A stretch of 46,418 nucleotides of DNA, taken from contig JAYZBQ010000056.1 in assembly GCA_036338695.1 (NCBI GenBank), positions 1 to 46,418 of the forward strand, given 5' to 3'. Both the position numbers and the translations under genes were made by a program. Each line of letters begins with the position of its first letter. Within the stretch, counting starts at the first letter, position 1. This document shows, in pieces, positions 16,468-26,758 of this stretch. The DNA is from Myxococcota bacterium. Its GTDB lineage: Bacteria; Myxococcota; UBA4151. The notes beneath the pieces are model-generated. The model had not been told where the DNA came from, did no database searches, and worked only from the letters and a program-made list of their open reading frames with translations.

Positions 16468-18361
16468 GGTCAGTTGGTCCAGCCAAGAGGCAGTGCAAGC
16501 GTATGGTGTCCCTTACTGGGGCGCTCCCTATTTTTCAATCAGCGCAGAGGGGCAGGTGAGCGTCCACCCATCGGGCGACGACGCCTGCGTCGGTTTAGCT
16601 GACCTCGTTCATGATCTGATCGCGCAGGGTGCGCGCGCGCCGATCATCCTTCGCTTCCCGCAGATCATTCGTCACCGGCTGCACGCGTTGCGCGCAGCCT
16701 TTGCCCGAGCGATCGAGGCGGCGCGCTATCAAGGCGGTTACCACGGCGCCTACCCGATCAAGGTCAATCAGCAGCGCCGCGTGGTGCGTGCGGTGCTAGA
16801 CGGTGGGGCACCGCACGGCGTCGGCCTCGAGGCTGGCTCCAAGCCCGAGCTCATGATCGCCATGGGGATGCAAAAGGCGGGCGGATTAATCCTGTGCAAT
16901 GGCTTCAAGGATGCAGAGTACCTCAGGACCGCGCTCCACGCGCAAGCGCTCGGACTCGACGTGATCATCGTGATCGAGCGGCTCGACGAGCTCAAGCTGC
17001 TGCTCGAGCTCTGCGCATCGAGCCGTCAGAGACCGCAGATCGGTCTGCGTGCTCGCCTCCGAGGCGCCGGCTCGGGCAAGTGGGCTGCCTCGAGCGGTGA
17101 CCGCAGCAAGTTTGGGCTCACCTCCGCCGAGATGCTCTCGGCGATCGAGCACCTCCGGCGCGCCGAAGCGCTCGAGGACCTCCGCCTCCTCCACTTCCAC
17201 GCTGGCTCTCAGATGAGCGAGCTTGAGCCCATGCGCCGAGCGCTGCGCGAGGCGACTCGCCTACTGCTTGAGCTGCGCCGACTCGGCGCGGCACACCTCA
17301 ACAAGCTCGACATCGGCGGTGGCTTGGCGGTGGACTACGACGGCAGCCAATCCAGTGGACCGCTCTCGATGGCCTATTCGCTCGACGACTACGCACAGAC
17401 AGCGGTCCGTGAGGTCGCCGAGCTCTGCGATCAGGCAGGACAGCCGCATCCCGATCTCCTCACCGAGTCCGGGCGCGCCACGGTGGCACACCACAGCCTG
17501 ATGGTCGTCGAGGTCATCGGCGAGGACGGCACGCTTCATGAGCCGCTTCGTCCCATGGCGCCGGCGCCTCCGCCCGCTGAGCTCGCCGCAGCGCTTGAGG
17601 CGGTCGAACGCAGCGCCGGGAACCTGCTCGAGGACCAGCGCGCCCTCGAGCAGCTCAATGCGCGCACCCGCGCCCTGTTCGAGTCTGGCGCCATCACTCT
17701 TGAGCAACGAGCGCACGCTGAAGCCATCGAGCGTCACGGTCTCGCTGCCCTGCGTCTGCGCTCACGCCAGGGCGAGCCACCGATGGGCTTGCGCGAGCTG
17801 GACAACCACCTCGCCGAGACCTGGTACGTTAACTTCTCGCTCTTTCAGTCACTCCCGGATCACTGGGCTATCGATCATGACTTTCCCATCGTGCCGCTGC
17901 AGCGGCTCAACGAACGCCCCGACCATCGCGTCCACCTCGGCGACATGACCTGCGACTCAGATGGCGAGATCCGCCGGTTCGTCGGCGCCCAGCGGATCAA
18001 CGGCTACCTACCGGTGCACTCACTCCATGACGCGCCCTACTACCTGGGTATTTTCCTCGTCGGCGCCTACCAAGAAATCCTCGGGGACCTGCACAACCTC
18101 TTCGGCGACCCCGACACGCTCGAGGTCGAGCTGACAGCCGACGGTCCGGTGATCCGTCACCAATCACAAGGCAACACCATCGATGACGTGATCAACCAGG
18201 TAGGGTACCGCTCCGAGGACCTGATCCAACACATTCAAACGCAAGGGCAGGAGCGGCTTCGCCTCGGTCAGTTGTCCCTAGCCAAAATGCGCGCCATCAC
18301 CCAGCAATACCGGCGCGATCTGATGGGCTACACCTACCTCGAGCCCACCGACCCCCTCTAG
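16466..18361 (+). CDS. speA: Biosynthetic arginine decarboxylase
   Basis: N-terminal W..YG..YWG..YF; YPIKVNQ (PLP Lys), HFHAGSQ, DIGGG, ESGRA, TCDSDG, GAYQEILGDLHNLFG; start set at ATG 16466 (MVSWS). Confidence 0.95.
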   Translation: MVSWSSQEAVQAYGVPYWGAPYFSISAEGQVSVHPSGDDACVGLADLVHDLIAQGARAPIILRFPQIIRHRLHALRAAFARAIEAARYQGGYHGAYPIKVNQQRRVVRAVLDGGAPHGVGLEAGSKPELMIAMGMQKAGGLILCNGFKDAEYLRTALHAQALGLDVIIVIERLDELKLLLELCASSRQRPQIGLRARLRGAGSGKWAASSGDRSKFGLTSAEMLSAIEHLRRAEALEDLRLLHFHAGSQMSELEPMRRALREATRLLLELRRLGAAHLNKLDIGGGLAVDYDGSQSSGPLSMAYSLDDYAQTAVREVAELCDQAGQPHPDLLTESGRATVAHHSLMVVEVIGEDGTLHEPLRPMAPAPPPAELAAALEAVERSAGNLLEDQRALEQLNARTRALFESGAITLEQRAHAEAIERHGLAALRLRSRQGEPPMGLRELDNHLAETWYVNFSLFQSLPDHWAIDHDFPIVPLQRLNERPDHRVHLGDMTCDSDGEIRRFVGAQRINGYLPVHSLHDAPYYLGIFLVGAYQEILGDLHNLFGDPDTLEVELTADGPVIRHQSQGNTIDDVINQVGYRSEDLIQHIQTQGQERLRLGQLSLAKMRAITQQYRRDLMGYTYLEPTDPL

Positions 18362-18372
18362 GAGCCGTCCTG

Positions 18373-21060
18373 ATGCGACCCTTTTGCCTGTGCCTAGCGC
18401 TGACCATCTCGTGTGCGACGCCACCATCGCCTCCCGCTGTCACGACGCCGGCACCGACGATCCAACGAGCGGGCGCTGCCGAATCGATCACCCCCCCGGC
18501 TGACGACCGTCTACCGGGCAACGTCCGCCCCAGCGCTTATCACGTGCGACTTGATCTCGACCCGCGTCGCGCCGACTACGGCGGGCAGGTGCGCATTGAG
18601 CTGCAGCTGACCGAGGCGACCGACACCATCTGGCTGCACAGCGAAAACCACGAGGTCTACGCCCACGGTCTCTCGGTCGAGCACCAAGGGCGCACGCAGC
18701 GCGTCGCCGGCACAACGCTCCGGCGCGGCGCGCCCGACTGGCTTGCGGTCAAGACGCCTCGACCGATCGGTCCCGGCTCAGCGCAGCTGCTGCTGCAGTT
18801 TCGTGGCGAGATGACCACGCCCTTATTTGGTATGTACCGAGTCCAGCACGCCGGCGACTGGTACATCTACACTCAGTTCGAAGCCCTCGGTGCCCGCAAG
18901 GCCTTCCCGTGCTTTGACGAGCCCAACTACAAGGCGCCCTTCACCTTCCAGATTCGCAGCCCCAAAGCGGACCGCTCGTTCGCCAACGCACCCTTAGCTC
19001 GCCCCGTGTCCGCTCAGGGCGACTGGCTCCGGCATGAGTTCAAAACCACGCCCCCGCTTCCTACGTATCTCATTGCGCTGGCGGTTGGCCCGATCGATGT
19101 CGCCCATGCGCCGGAGCACGACCTCAAGCGTGCGGATGGCTCCAGCCTGCGAATTCGTGTGCTGACGCCCAAGGGGAAGGCGGCGCAAGCGATGCTGGCT
19201 CTCAGGGAGACTCAGAAAATCCTGACGATCCAAGAGGACTACTTCGGCTCGCCCTACCCCTTCGCCAAGCTCGACCTCGTGGCGGTTCCTGACTTTGCGG
19301 CTGGCGCCATGGAGAACCCGGGGCTGATCACCTACCGGGACCGGCTCTTACTCATGGATGAAGAGACGGTCACTCAGTCCGAGCTCATGAGCTATGCGTA
19401 CACTCACGCCCACGAGCTCGCCCACATCTGGTTCGGTGATCTGGTGACCATGAAGTGGTGGGACGACCTGTGGCTCAACGAGGCTTTCGCCACCTGGTTT
19501 GGCTGGAAAACGGTGGAGCTGTACCGCCCCGAGTGGAAGTACCTGATGCAGCGGATCGGCTCGAAGACTTGGGTCATGGACGTGGACTCGACGGCCTCGG
19601 CACGCCGGGTTCGCGAGCCCATCCGGACGCGCGGCGACATCGAGAACGCCTTTGACGGCATCACCTACACCAAAGGCGCCGCGGTCTTACAGATGTTCGA
19701 GCGCTACATCGGCGAGGTGCCGTTTCGAGACGGCGTGCGTGCGTACCTCAAGGCGCATGAGTGGGGTAACGCCACCTTCGGCGACTTGGCAAAAGCGCTC
19801 GCTAAGAGCGCAAACAAACCTAAACTCCCCCAAGCCTTCAGCAGCTTCATCGATCAAGCGGGCGTGCCGCTCGTTCGCGTCCAAAGCGCCAAGCAAGGGG
19901 CGGTCTCCCTGAGCCAGAGCCGGTGGGCGCCGCTAGGAAAACATCAGCTCAAGGATGCGTCCTGGTCGCTGCCGTTTTGCCTCGAAGACGCCGAGCGTAC
20001 GCGCCACTGCACGCTGCTGACCGAGGACGCTGAGCTGTCGGTCGGCGCCGGCAACCCCCTGCCGAACCCCGCCATGGAGAGCTACGCGGTGTGGCAGCTC
20101 GAACCGCACGCACTACGCAAGCTGCTCGGTCGGCTCGCAGGGATGAGCGAGATGCAGCAAGTGGCGCTGACCAACAATCTGCGGAAGCTGTATCGCAGCG
20201 GGCAGCTCGATCCCCAAACGCTCCGATCCGTCACGCCGCAACTGCTCAAAAGTCAGCATCACAGCGTGATCCACTCGGCGCTGGTCCTACACGGCGAGCT
20301 CGGACGACTCGTGGCAGCGGACCAAGTGCCCGCCTTTCGCCGTTTGCATGATGGCGTCCTCGGCGATTTGGTCGAGCGCTATGGTTGGGGCGAGCCAGGT
20401 GACACCGACGCCGCAGCGCTCAAGACACGCCGGTTGGTGCTCGCCATCGCCGGGATCTCAGGCGCTCGACCTGCCGTGATCGCTGAGGCGCAACGACGCA
20501 CAGAGCTGTTTTTGAGCGGTCAAAGCGTACCGCGCGAGACCCTGGCGACGGCCCTTCGGATCAGCGCAGAACATGGTGACGCCGAACTGTTTGAGCGTGT
20601 GCTCAAAGCCTTCTTGGCAGCCGACGACATCCAGCGCCGAATCCCGCTTCGGACCGCCTTGACGAGCTTTCGCTTCAAAGGCGTCGTCAAGCGCTTGTTC
20701 GACCTGGTCGATCACCCAAACCTTCGCAGCAATGAGAAAGGGAGCATGATCTGGGCGGTCGCTGGAGATCACCGGACACGAGACGAGGCGTGGGCGCTTG
20801 TCAAAAACACGCTGCCGCAGCTTGTCGATAAGCTGCCGCGACGCGGCGCTCGCTATCTCCCCTATTACCCCCGAGCGCTGTGCGCCGAGCCGCTGATCGC
20901 CGAGCTCGATCAGATCTTCGAGCCATGGCTCGAGCGATTCGATGGGATGAAACGCCACCTCGAGACGTCCAAAGAACAACTCGGCCAATGTCTTGCATTG
21001 CGATCCGCCTACGGCGATGCTCTGTCCGAGATCCTGAACGCCCAGGGGACCAAGGAGTAA
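18373..21060 (+). CDS. M1 family zinc aminopeptidase (PepN/ERAP1-like), probable lipoprotein
   Basis: GAMEN, HELAH-x18-E (WLNE) and YTKG motifs; lipobox LTISC; AGGAG SD. Confidence 0.92.
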   Translation: MRPFCLCLALTISCATPPSPPAVTTPAPTIQRAGAAESITPPADDRLPGNVRPSAYHVRLDLDPRRADYGGQVRIELQLTEATDTIWLHSENHEVYAHGLSVEHQGRTQRVAGTTLRRGAPDWLAVKTPRPIGPGSAQLLLQFRGEMTTPLFGMYRVQHAGDWYIYTQFEALGARKAFPCFDEPNYKAPFTFQIRSPKADRSFANAPLARPVSAQGDWLRHEFKTTPPLPTYLIALAVGPIDVAHAPEHDLKRADGSSLRIRVLTPKGKAAQAMLALRETQKILTIQEDYFGSPYPFAKLDLVAVPDFAAGAMENPGLITYRDRLLLMDEETVTQSELMSYAYTHAHELAHIWFGDLVTMKWWDDLWLNEAFATWFGWKTVELYRPEWKYLMQRIGSKTWVMDVDSTASARRVREPIRTRGDIENAFDGITYTKGAAVLQMFERYIGEVPFRDGVRAYLKAHEWGNATFGDLAKALAKSANKPKLPQAFSSFIDQAGVPLVRVQSAKQGAVSLSQSRWAPLGKHQLKDASWSLPFCLEDAERTRHCTLLTEDAELSVGAGNPLPNPAMESYAVWQLEPHALRKLLGRLAGMSEMQQVALTNNLRKLYRSGQLDPQTLRSVTPQLLKSQHHSVIHSALVLHGELGRLVAADQVPAFRRLHDGVLGDLVERYGWGEPGDTDAAALKTRRLVLAIAGISGARPAVIAEAQRRTELFLSGQSVPRETLATALRISAEHGDAELFERVLKAFLAADDIQRRIPLRTALTSFRFKGVVKRLFDLVDHPNLRSNEKGSMIWAVAGDHRTRDEAWALVKNTLPQLVDKLPRRGARYLPYYPRALCAEPLIAELDQIFEPWLERFDGMKRHLETSKEQLGQCLALRSAYGDALSEILNAQGTKE

Positions 21061-21067
21061 GCTCACC

Positions 21068-22693
21068 ATGGCCGCAATCGGTGCCCTCCCCCACGTTCAA
21101 GAGGCTTTCCAAGAGCTCGAACGGCTGCTCAACCTACATCGAAACAGCCCACACAACGCACCGGCGATCCGATCGACGGAGAACGCCGTCTTTCGTGGGC
21201 TCTCGAACGCGCTCGACGTCAGCGGCTCGCTTGCGCTCGATGTTGAGTCCGACACCACGCGCATGGGCGGCGCCGCCTTGCACCCAAAGTCGACGGCAAC
21301 GGGTCAGGTTTTCGGCGCGCTGTTTCACCACGGATTACGCCGGATTCGGGTGGTTCAAGGGCTCACGGCGGAGGAGTGGCACCGCTTCGTCGAGCTGGTC
21401 AGCCAATCGTCGGAGTCCCAAGCCGAAGTGCCGGGTGGCATCGCCACGACCCTCTGGAAAGAGAAGCTCAGCCACATGCACTTTGACTTTGCGCGCAGGC
21501 GGCGGCTGCTGATCGAGGATGACCCAGACGAGGTCGAGCGCGATCAGCGGCGCGTGGCGCGTATCGTCACCGAGCTGGTCGCCAAGCAAGGTGAAGGTCA
21601 CGCACGGCTCGCCGCAGGCGGGCTGTCAGCCTCAGAGCTCGGCGGGACCTCGGGCGGCGCAGAGCCGGCCGTGCGCACCCTGAACCGCTTCGTCGAGATC
21701 GTCGTGCAGATGGTTGAAGACGATCACGAGGGAAACGACACCGAGATTCTACAACGCGCCACGCTCAACGTGGCGCGTGAAGCGTTCAAGGCCGGTCACC
21801 TCGATCCGCTGCTCAAGTTCTTTAAGCTGCTCGAGGCTCCGGCTGAGGACGGCAAGCGAGCTCAGGCGATCCGCCGAGAACGCCTCGCCAAATTGCTCGG
21901 CGGCGCCTGCTGTGACCCGAACTCGGTCAGCCGCTTCAGCGGTCGTGAAACCCAGTACCCCCTGTTGATCACATTGCTCGGTAAGCTCGGCTTTGACGCC
22001 GTCACACCCTACCTCAACCTCCTAGAGGTCCGTCCAGAGCCTAAGCTCGCTGAGGCGGTGGCGACCGGCCTTGGCGAGCGGCTCAACAGCGCAGCCGGTG
22101 ATCTTCGTCAATTTCTCACGAGCCCCAAAACGACGGCGGTGCTTGCGCCCTTCTTACAGGCGCTCTCCGAGCTCGAGCCCTCCCCGCAGATGATCACCGT
22201 CTTGGAGGGGCTGCGCACGCATAAAGACCTGAACGTGGTCGAGGCGGTCGCTGAGCTGCTCAGCCGCGCCGTCAGCGTCAACAACCTCAAAGACGCGCGG
22301 CGGCTGCTCGACTCGCGTGACTCGACGGAGCAGCGCGCCGGGTTGCGCTTCTTCCGGCTCGCCGGTGACGAGACGGCGGCGCAGGTGCTCGTCGACTTCC
22401 TCGGTCAGATGAATGAGACCAACTGGGACCGCCTAGCGCAGCGGCGCGCCTACGCCTGCCTAGGCGCCATGCGGTCGCACCACGGACACGACTATCTCAA
22501 GAAAATCCTGACCGCCAAAGGGCTCACGGGCAAACTCAAATCAAGCCCGGAGCAACAGATTCTAGCCGTTCGAGGGCTCGTCGAGGCGAACGACCGCTTC
22601 GCCGAGGCGCTCTTGAACGCCGTGATGACCGAGAAGCACTACAGCGGGAAGGTGCGCCTGGCGCTGACGCGGATGCGGGGAGCGAGCGCGTGA
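21068..22693 (+). CDS. Hypothetical protein with HEAT-repeat-like helical C-terminal half
   Basis: 541-aa Leu/Ala-rich helical repeats; AAGGAG SD; GTGA overlap with the HD-GYP-like gene. Confidence 0.65.
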   Translation: MAAIGALPHVQEAFQELERLLNLHRNSPHNAPAIRSTENAVFRGLSNALDVSGSLALDVESDTTRMGGAALHPKSTATGQVFGALFHHGLRRIRVVQGLTAEEWHRFVELVSQSSESQAEVPGGIATTLWKEKLSHMHFDFARRRRLLIEDDPDEVERDQRRVARIVTELVAKQGEGHARLAAGGLSASELGGTSGGAEPAVRTLNRFVEIVVQMVEDDHEGNDTEILQRATLNVAREAFKAGHLDPLLKFFKLLEAPAEDGKRAQAIRRERLAKLLGGACCDPNSVSRFSGRETQYPLLITLLGKLGFDAVTPYLNLLEVRPEPKLAEAVATGLGERLNSAAGDLRQFLTSPKTTAVLAPFLQALSELEPSPQMITVLEGLRTHKDLNVVEAVAELLSRAVSVNNLKDARRLLDSRDSTEQRAGLRFFRLAGDETAAQVLVDFLGQMNETNWDRLAQRRAYACLGAMRSHHGHDYLKKILTAKGLTGKLKSSPEQQILAVRGLVEANDRFAEALLNAVMTEKHYSGKVRLALTRMRGASA

Positions 22694-23982
22694 CCAATCT
22701 ACAGAGCAAACAGATCGCCTCCTTCATGCGCGCCTTCTTATCGACCGGCGGACGGGCTCTGTCCGGCGACTTAACCTCCGAAGGTTACGAACAGGCGCTC
22801 ACCGAGCTCTACAACAACCTGATCGAGGTCTTTACGGTCGACGGCTTCATCGAGCTCAAGTTCGGTGACCAAGTCGTCTACCTTAACGACCAAAAGTTGC
22901 GCCTGTCCGGGGCTGCTGGCGAACGCCTCAATCAGCTGTTGGCTGCAGCAACCCAGTCGGCGTGGGCGGGGTTTCGCTGCGATGAGGTCCCGAACGAGGA
23001 TCAACTCGCCGCAGTCATGAGCCGCTTTGCGCAGCCCGAACTCTCAGATCAGGACCAGGGGCTTCAGCGCCGGCGCGGTCCGTTTCGGTGGATTGGCGAG
23101 GAGCTCGTCGATGACGCCTTTGACAACCTACCGACGCCGCTTGAGGCGCTCAGCGCCGACGCGCTCGAGCACAGCTCCATGCGTAAGGTGCAGATCGAGG
23201 AGATCCAAAACGCGCTCGGCACGCAAGCCGGCGCTGCGCTCGAGGAGGTGACGTTCATCTACGCACGCGCCGTCTACTTCATCGACCGCTTTATGGCGAC
23301 GATGGAGCCGGCGGGACCACGCGTCCCGCTCGACGAGAGCTCCCGGATCATCTGTGACCTGATCGACGTCTTTGAGCGCGACCCCAAGGCCTTCATGGCG
23401 GTCTCGATGGCGCGCCCTCAAGTGGGTAACTACGACGCCTTTCACCAAGCCAACACGGCGCTGCTCGCCATCGCTATGGGGGCCAGCGTCGGGCTCGGGC
23501 GCGAGCTGCTCTTCGAGCTTGGGATGGCTGCTTTGCTTCACCAAATCGGCATCGTCGATATGCCCGACCGGATCCGCTCAAGCCGCGTGCTCCAGCGAGA
23601 AGAGCGCGAGATCCTATCGCAGCTTCCGTATCGCACGGTGCGACGCTTGCTCCAGGCGAAGGGGCCGGACCTCCATGGGATGGCGAGGATCAACGCCATC
23701 TTGGCGATGAAAGACCGCATCGCCACGAAAACCGTCGGTGGGGACGGCAAGACGCGCTGGGTCGCAGCGAAACCTGCGCCGCCACTTTTAGCGCGTATTT
23801 TGGCGGTCGCAGCGCGCTATGATGCCTTAACGAGTGACCGCGAGTTTCGCCCGGCGATGTCGCCTGAGAAGACCATCCAGCTCATGCTCAGGCAACCTGC
23901 CAGTCTGGACGGGCGCCTCGTGCGCCTGGTGGCTAAGCTCAAAAATGTCGGGACGACACCGGCGGGCTCGGCGGCTGGCTAG
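22690..23982 (+). CDS. HD-GYP-like protein with degenerate catalytic site
   Basis: LGMAALLHQIG (HD to HQ), ARILAVAARYDALTSDREFRPA; no HHE or GYP motif. Confidence 0.75.
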   Translation: MTNLQSKQIASFMRAFLSTGGRALSGDLTSEGYEQALTELYNNLIEVFTVDGFIELKFGDQVVYLNDQKLRLSGAAGERLNQLLAAATQSAWAGFRCDEVPNEDQLAAVMSRFAQPELSDQDQGLQRRRGPFRWIGEELVDDAFDNLPTPLEALSADALEHSSMRKVQIEEIQNALGTQAGAALEEVTFIYARAVYFIDRFMATMEPAGPRVPLDESSRIICDLIDVFERDPKAFMAVSMARPQVGNYDAFHQANTALLAIAMGASVGLGRELLFELGMAALLHQIGIVDMPDRIRSSRVLQREEREILSQLPYRTVRRLLQAKGPDLHGMARINAILAMKDRIATKTVGGDGKTRWVAAKPAPPLLARILAVAARYDALTSDREFRPAMSPEKTIQLMLRQPASLDGRLVRLVAKLKNVGTTPAGSAAG

Positions 23983-25030
23983 GCTCTCCCCGAAGCAGCT
24001 CGTCGACCAAGCCCCGGACCAATGCGTCGGGGTCCCCTAGCCCCTTGGTGACCTCGAGCCCTTGTCGGTGCGCAGCCCAGTACGCCGTGGCGCGCACGAC
24101 CGGGCTTGCGTCCTGATCACAAAAGCGCCGAATCGCAGCGCGAGCGGCGTCGCTGTCGAGCGAGGCGAGGCCAATCAAGACGTTTCGACACAGCCCCGCT
24201 GCGCCAGCTCGCAGAACCGGGCTGCCGGCAAAGCGCCGCTGAAAGGCATCCTCGTCACGGTACGCCAAGAGCTCGAGCAGCCTGGGCTGAAGGTTCTCAG
24301 TCCGTGGCTCCAAGCCCTCGAGTACCGGCGCAGTCGCTTTGCTGTTCCAGGGGCAGATGACGGTGCAGTCGTCGCAGCCGAACACGCGGCGCCCCATCCG
24401 CTCCATGATCCAGCGAGGGATCAGCCCGTTCCACTCGATCGTCCAATAGCTGATGCAGCGGCGAGAGTCGACGCGGTAGCCCTCCGGGGCGATCGCCTCG
24501 GTGGGACACACCTGCACACAGGCACGGCACGAACCGCAGCGGTCCGGGTGAGGCGCCTTGTGCTCAAGCTCAAGATCTTGATCAACGACCAGCTCGGCGA
24601 TCAGCGATGCGGCGCCAAAGTCGGGATGAATAATCGAGCTCTGCCGCCCAAACCAGCCACCGCCCTGCGTCCAGGCGAGATGCCGCTCGTGGACAGGCGC
24701 GGAGTCGGTGACGGCGCGAAACCTAAGGCTCGAGCCATGTTGCCGCCGGAGGGATTCACCGAAGGCTTGCATCGCCACCTTGAGCTGGGTGTGGTAGTCG
24801 TCCCCACGTGCATAGCGAGCGATGATCCCGACCTCAGGTCGCTCCGGCTCCGGCTCACAACGGTAGCGAAAGAGCTGGGTGACCAAGCGCTGTCCGTTGC
24901 GCAAAAGGCGCTGGGGTTGCCCCCGCCAAGCGATGCTCCGTCCCAAGTAATGCTGGTCTGCTAGGTCGCCGCTCGCAAGCGCATGTGCGAGCGCTCGCTT
25001 GGGATCTGGCGGACGCTGGACGTCGCTCAT
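23939..25030 (-). CDS. queG: Epoxyqueuosine reductase QueG
   Basis: ARYARGDDYH, DSAPVHER, CGSCRACVQVCPT, RCISYWTIE, FGCDDCTVICPWN; C-terminal HEAT-like segment; ATG 25030 overlaps the pgeF stop. Confidence 0.88.
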   Translation of the reverse strand: MSDVQRPPDPKRALAHALASGDLADQHYLGRSIAWRGQPQRLLRNGQRLVTQLFRYRCEPEPERPEVGIIARYARGDDYHTQLKVAMQAFGESLRRQHGSSLRFRAVTDSAPVHERHLAWTQGGGWFGRQSSIIHPDFGAASLIAELVVDQDLELEHKAPHPDRCGSCRACVQVCPTEAIAPEGYRVDSRRCISYWTIEWNGLIPRWIMERMGRRVFGCDDCTVICPWNSKATAPVLEGLEPRTENLQPRLLELLAYRDEDAFQRRFAGSPVLRAGAAGLCRNVLIGLASLDSDAARAAIRRFCDQDASPVVRATAYWAAHRQGLEVTKGLGDPDALVRGLVDELLRGEPSQPPSPPVSSRHF

Positions 25031-25722
25031 GCGCATGCCCGAGTCACGATGGCGGACAGGTTACGCCCCGACGCGCCGGCGTCCCGACGATAAGAGTGCC
25101 AGCGCGTCGCCCCAAAGGTATCGATCGAGAGGTCGACGACCTGCGCATCGTGGACACCACAGGCTCGCAGCTGGCTCTGAATCAATCGCCCCAGCGCGCA
25201 GCAATAACGTGCGCTTTGGTCGCGATGCCTCGCCACCTCGGGCAGCGTCTTGTAGAGCGCCTCACCCACCTCGTACCGCTCAGCGTGAATGTACGGCCCA
25301 AGCGCCACACGCAACGAGCTAGCCGAGGCACCGCGACGAGCTAAAGCGCTCAGCGTGGCGGGGACGATCTCGTCGAGCGCGCCGCGCCGGCCGGCATGGA
25401 TCGCCGCCACCCAACCGACGTCAGGTGCGTCAACCAGCACCGGGACACAATCGGCCGTGAGCACGCCGATGGCGCGATCAGGCCGGTTGCAGATGAGCGC
25501 GTCGGCCTCGACCGTGACCAACTCGCTCAGCGCGCCCTCGCTCACATCGACGACCCGCGCCGAATGAACCTGCCGCACCAACGCAAGCTCGCTCAAGCGA
25601 CCGCCGAGCTCGCTCAAGGCGCGCCGGCGGTCAGCCTCGCCGGACGCGGAACCGTGCGCAAAGTCCATGGGGCGCCCAAAGAACCCATGCCGTACAGACC
25701 ACCCCTCGGCGCGGACGATCAC
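25027..25722 (-). CDS. pgeF: Peptidoglycan editing factor / purine nucleoside phosphorylase (YfiH/PgeF, laccase-like domain)
   Basis: QVHS, EADAL, TADCVPVL, IHAG, YEVG and SYRR motifs; directly downstream of rluD. Confidence 0.9.
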   Translation of the reverse strand: MIVRAEGWSVRHGFFGRPMDFAHGSASGEADRRRALSELGGRLSELALVRQVHSARVVDVSEGALSELVTVEADALICNRPDRAIGVLTADCVPVLVDAPDVGWVAAIHAGRRGALDEIVPATLSALARRGASASSLRVALGPYIHAERYEVGEALYKTLPEVARHRDQSARYCCALGRLIQSQLRACGVHDAQVVDLSIDTFGATRWHSYRRDAGASGRNLSAIVTRACA

Positions 25723-26684
25723 GGCGAACCCCCGCAGGCTTGAAGCGACTGAATCAACTGCTCTAGGTCAGGCGCAAGCGGTGCCTCGAACCGCATCAAC
25801 TCACCGCTGACGGGGTGCTCGAACGAGAGGCTGTGCGCGTGCAGGGCTTGGCGCGCCATGGACTTCATCGCCTGCCGTGCGTCTTGATGCGCCACCCCCT
25901 TCCAGCGCTTTGCTCCTCCATAGAGCTCGTCCCCTACCAAGGGTGTGCCCGCCTCGCTCATGTGCACCCGGATCTGGTGCGTGCGCCCAGTCAAGAGCTC
26001 GATCTCGAGGAGCGCACAGGGCCCCAGACGCTCGAGCACACGGTAGCGAGTCCGCATCCTGCGCTCCGCCTCCACCGTACCTGTAAAGCGGAGCCGATGC
26101 TTCGGGTGGCGCGCGTGAGGCGTATCGATCAACCCCTCATCCGATTTTGGCTTACCGGCGGTCACGCACAGATAGCGCTTATCGACTTTGCGTGCGGCGA
26201 AGGCGAGGCTAAGCGCTCGATGCGCCTGATCGGTGCCTGCGACGACCATCACGCCCGAGGTGTCTTTGTCCAGGCGATGGACAATCCCGGGGCGCTGGAC
26301 CCCGCCGATACCCGAAAGCCCCACGCCCTCATAGAGCAAGCCGTTGACCAAGGTCTGATCATAACAACCGGGCGCGGGGTGGACCGCCATACCCGGCCTC
26401 TTGTTCACCACGACCAGGTGCTCATCCCGATACAGGAACTCAAGGTCCAAGTCCTGCGCCTCAGGCTCAGCGGGGCGCGGATCAGGGAGGCGGACGACCA
26501 CCCGCTGCCCCGGGCGCAGTTTGAGTCGGGGCTTCGCCGCCGATTTATCGACGGTGACCTCACCATCGCTGATCAAACGCTGCGCAGCCGAGCGGCTCAA
26601 CACCTCGACCTGAGCGGTGATGTAGCGATCCAACCGCTCGCCGGCGTCGGCTTTGGTGACCTCAAGCTCAAACCACTCTGGCAT
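25719..26684 (-). CDS. rluD: RluA/RluD-family pseudouridine synthase with S4 domain
   Basis: RLD S4 N-terminus; VHRLDKDTSG; TGRTHQIRVH; QALHA. Confidence 0.93.
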   Translation of the reverse strand: MPEWFELEVTKADAGERLDRYITAQVEVLSRSAAQRLISDGEVTVDKSAAKPRLKLRPGQRVVVRLPDPRPAEPEAQDLDLEFLYRDEHLVVVNKRPGMAVHPAPGCYDQTLVNGLLYEGVGLSGIGGVQRPGIVHRLDKDTSGVMVVAGTDQAHRALSLAFAARKVDKRYLCVTAGKPKSDEGLIDTPHARHPKHRLRFTGTVEAERRMRTRYRVLERLGPCALLEIELLTGRTHQIRVHMSEAGTPLVGDELYGGAKRWKGVAHQDARQAMKSMARQALHAHSLSFEHPVSGELMRFEAPLAPDLEQLIQSLQACGGSP

Positions 26685-26694
26685 GCACAGCTCT

Positions 26695-26730
26695 CAAAAA
26701 CGCAGATGGACCCCGTCGCCGGGGCCCATC
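26695..26730 (-). terminator. Intrinsic terminator after rplS
   Basis: mRNA GAUGGGCCCCG-GCGA-CGGGGUCCAUC (11-bp stem, GNRA loop) followed by UGCGUUUUU. Confidence 0.7.
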
Positions 26731-26758
26731 AACTGCTCGCAACAAAGGCGACGACGCT

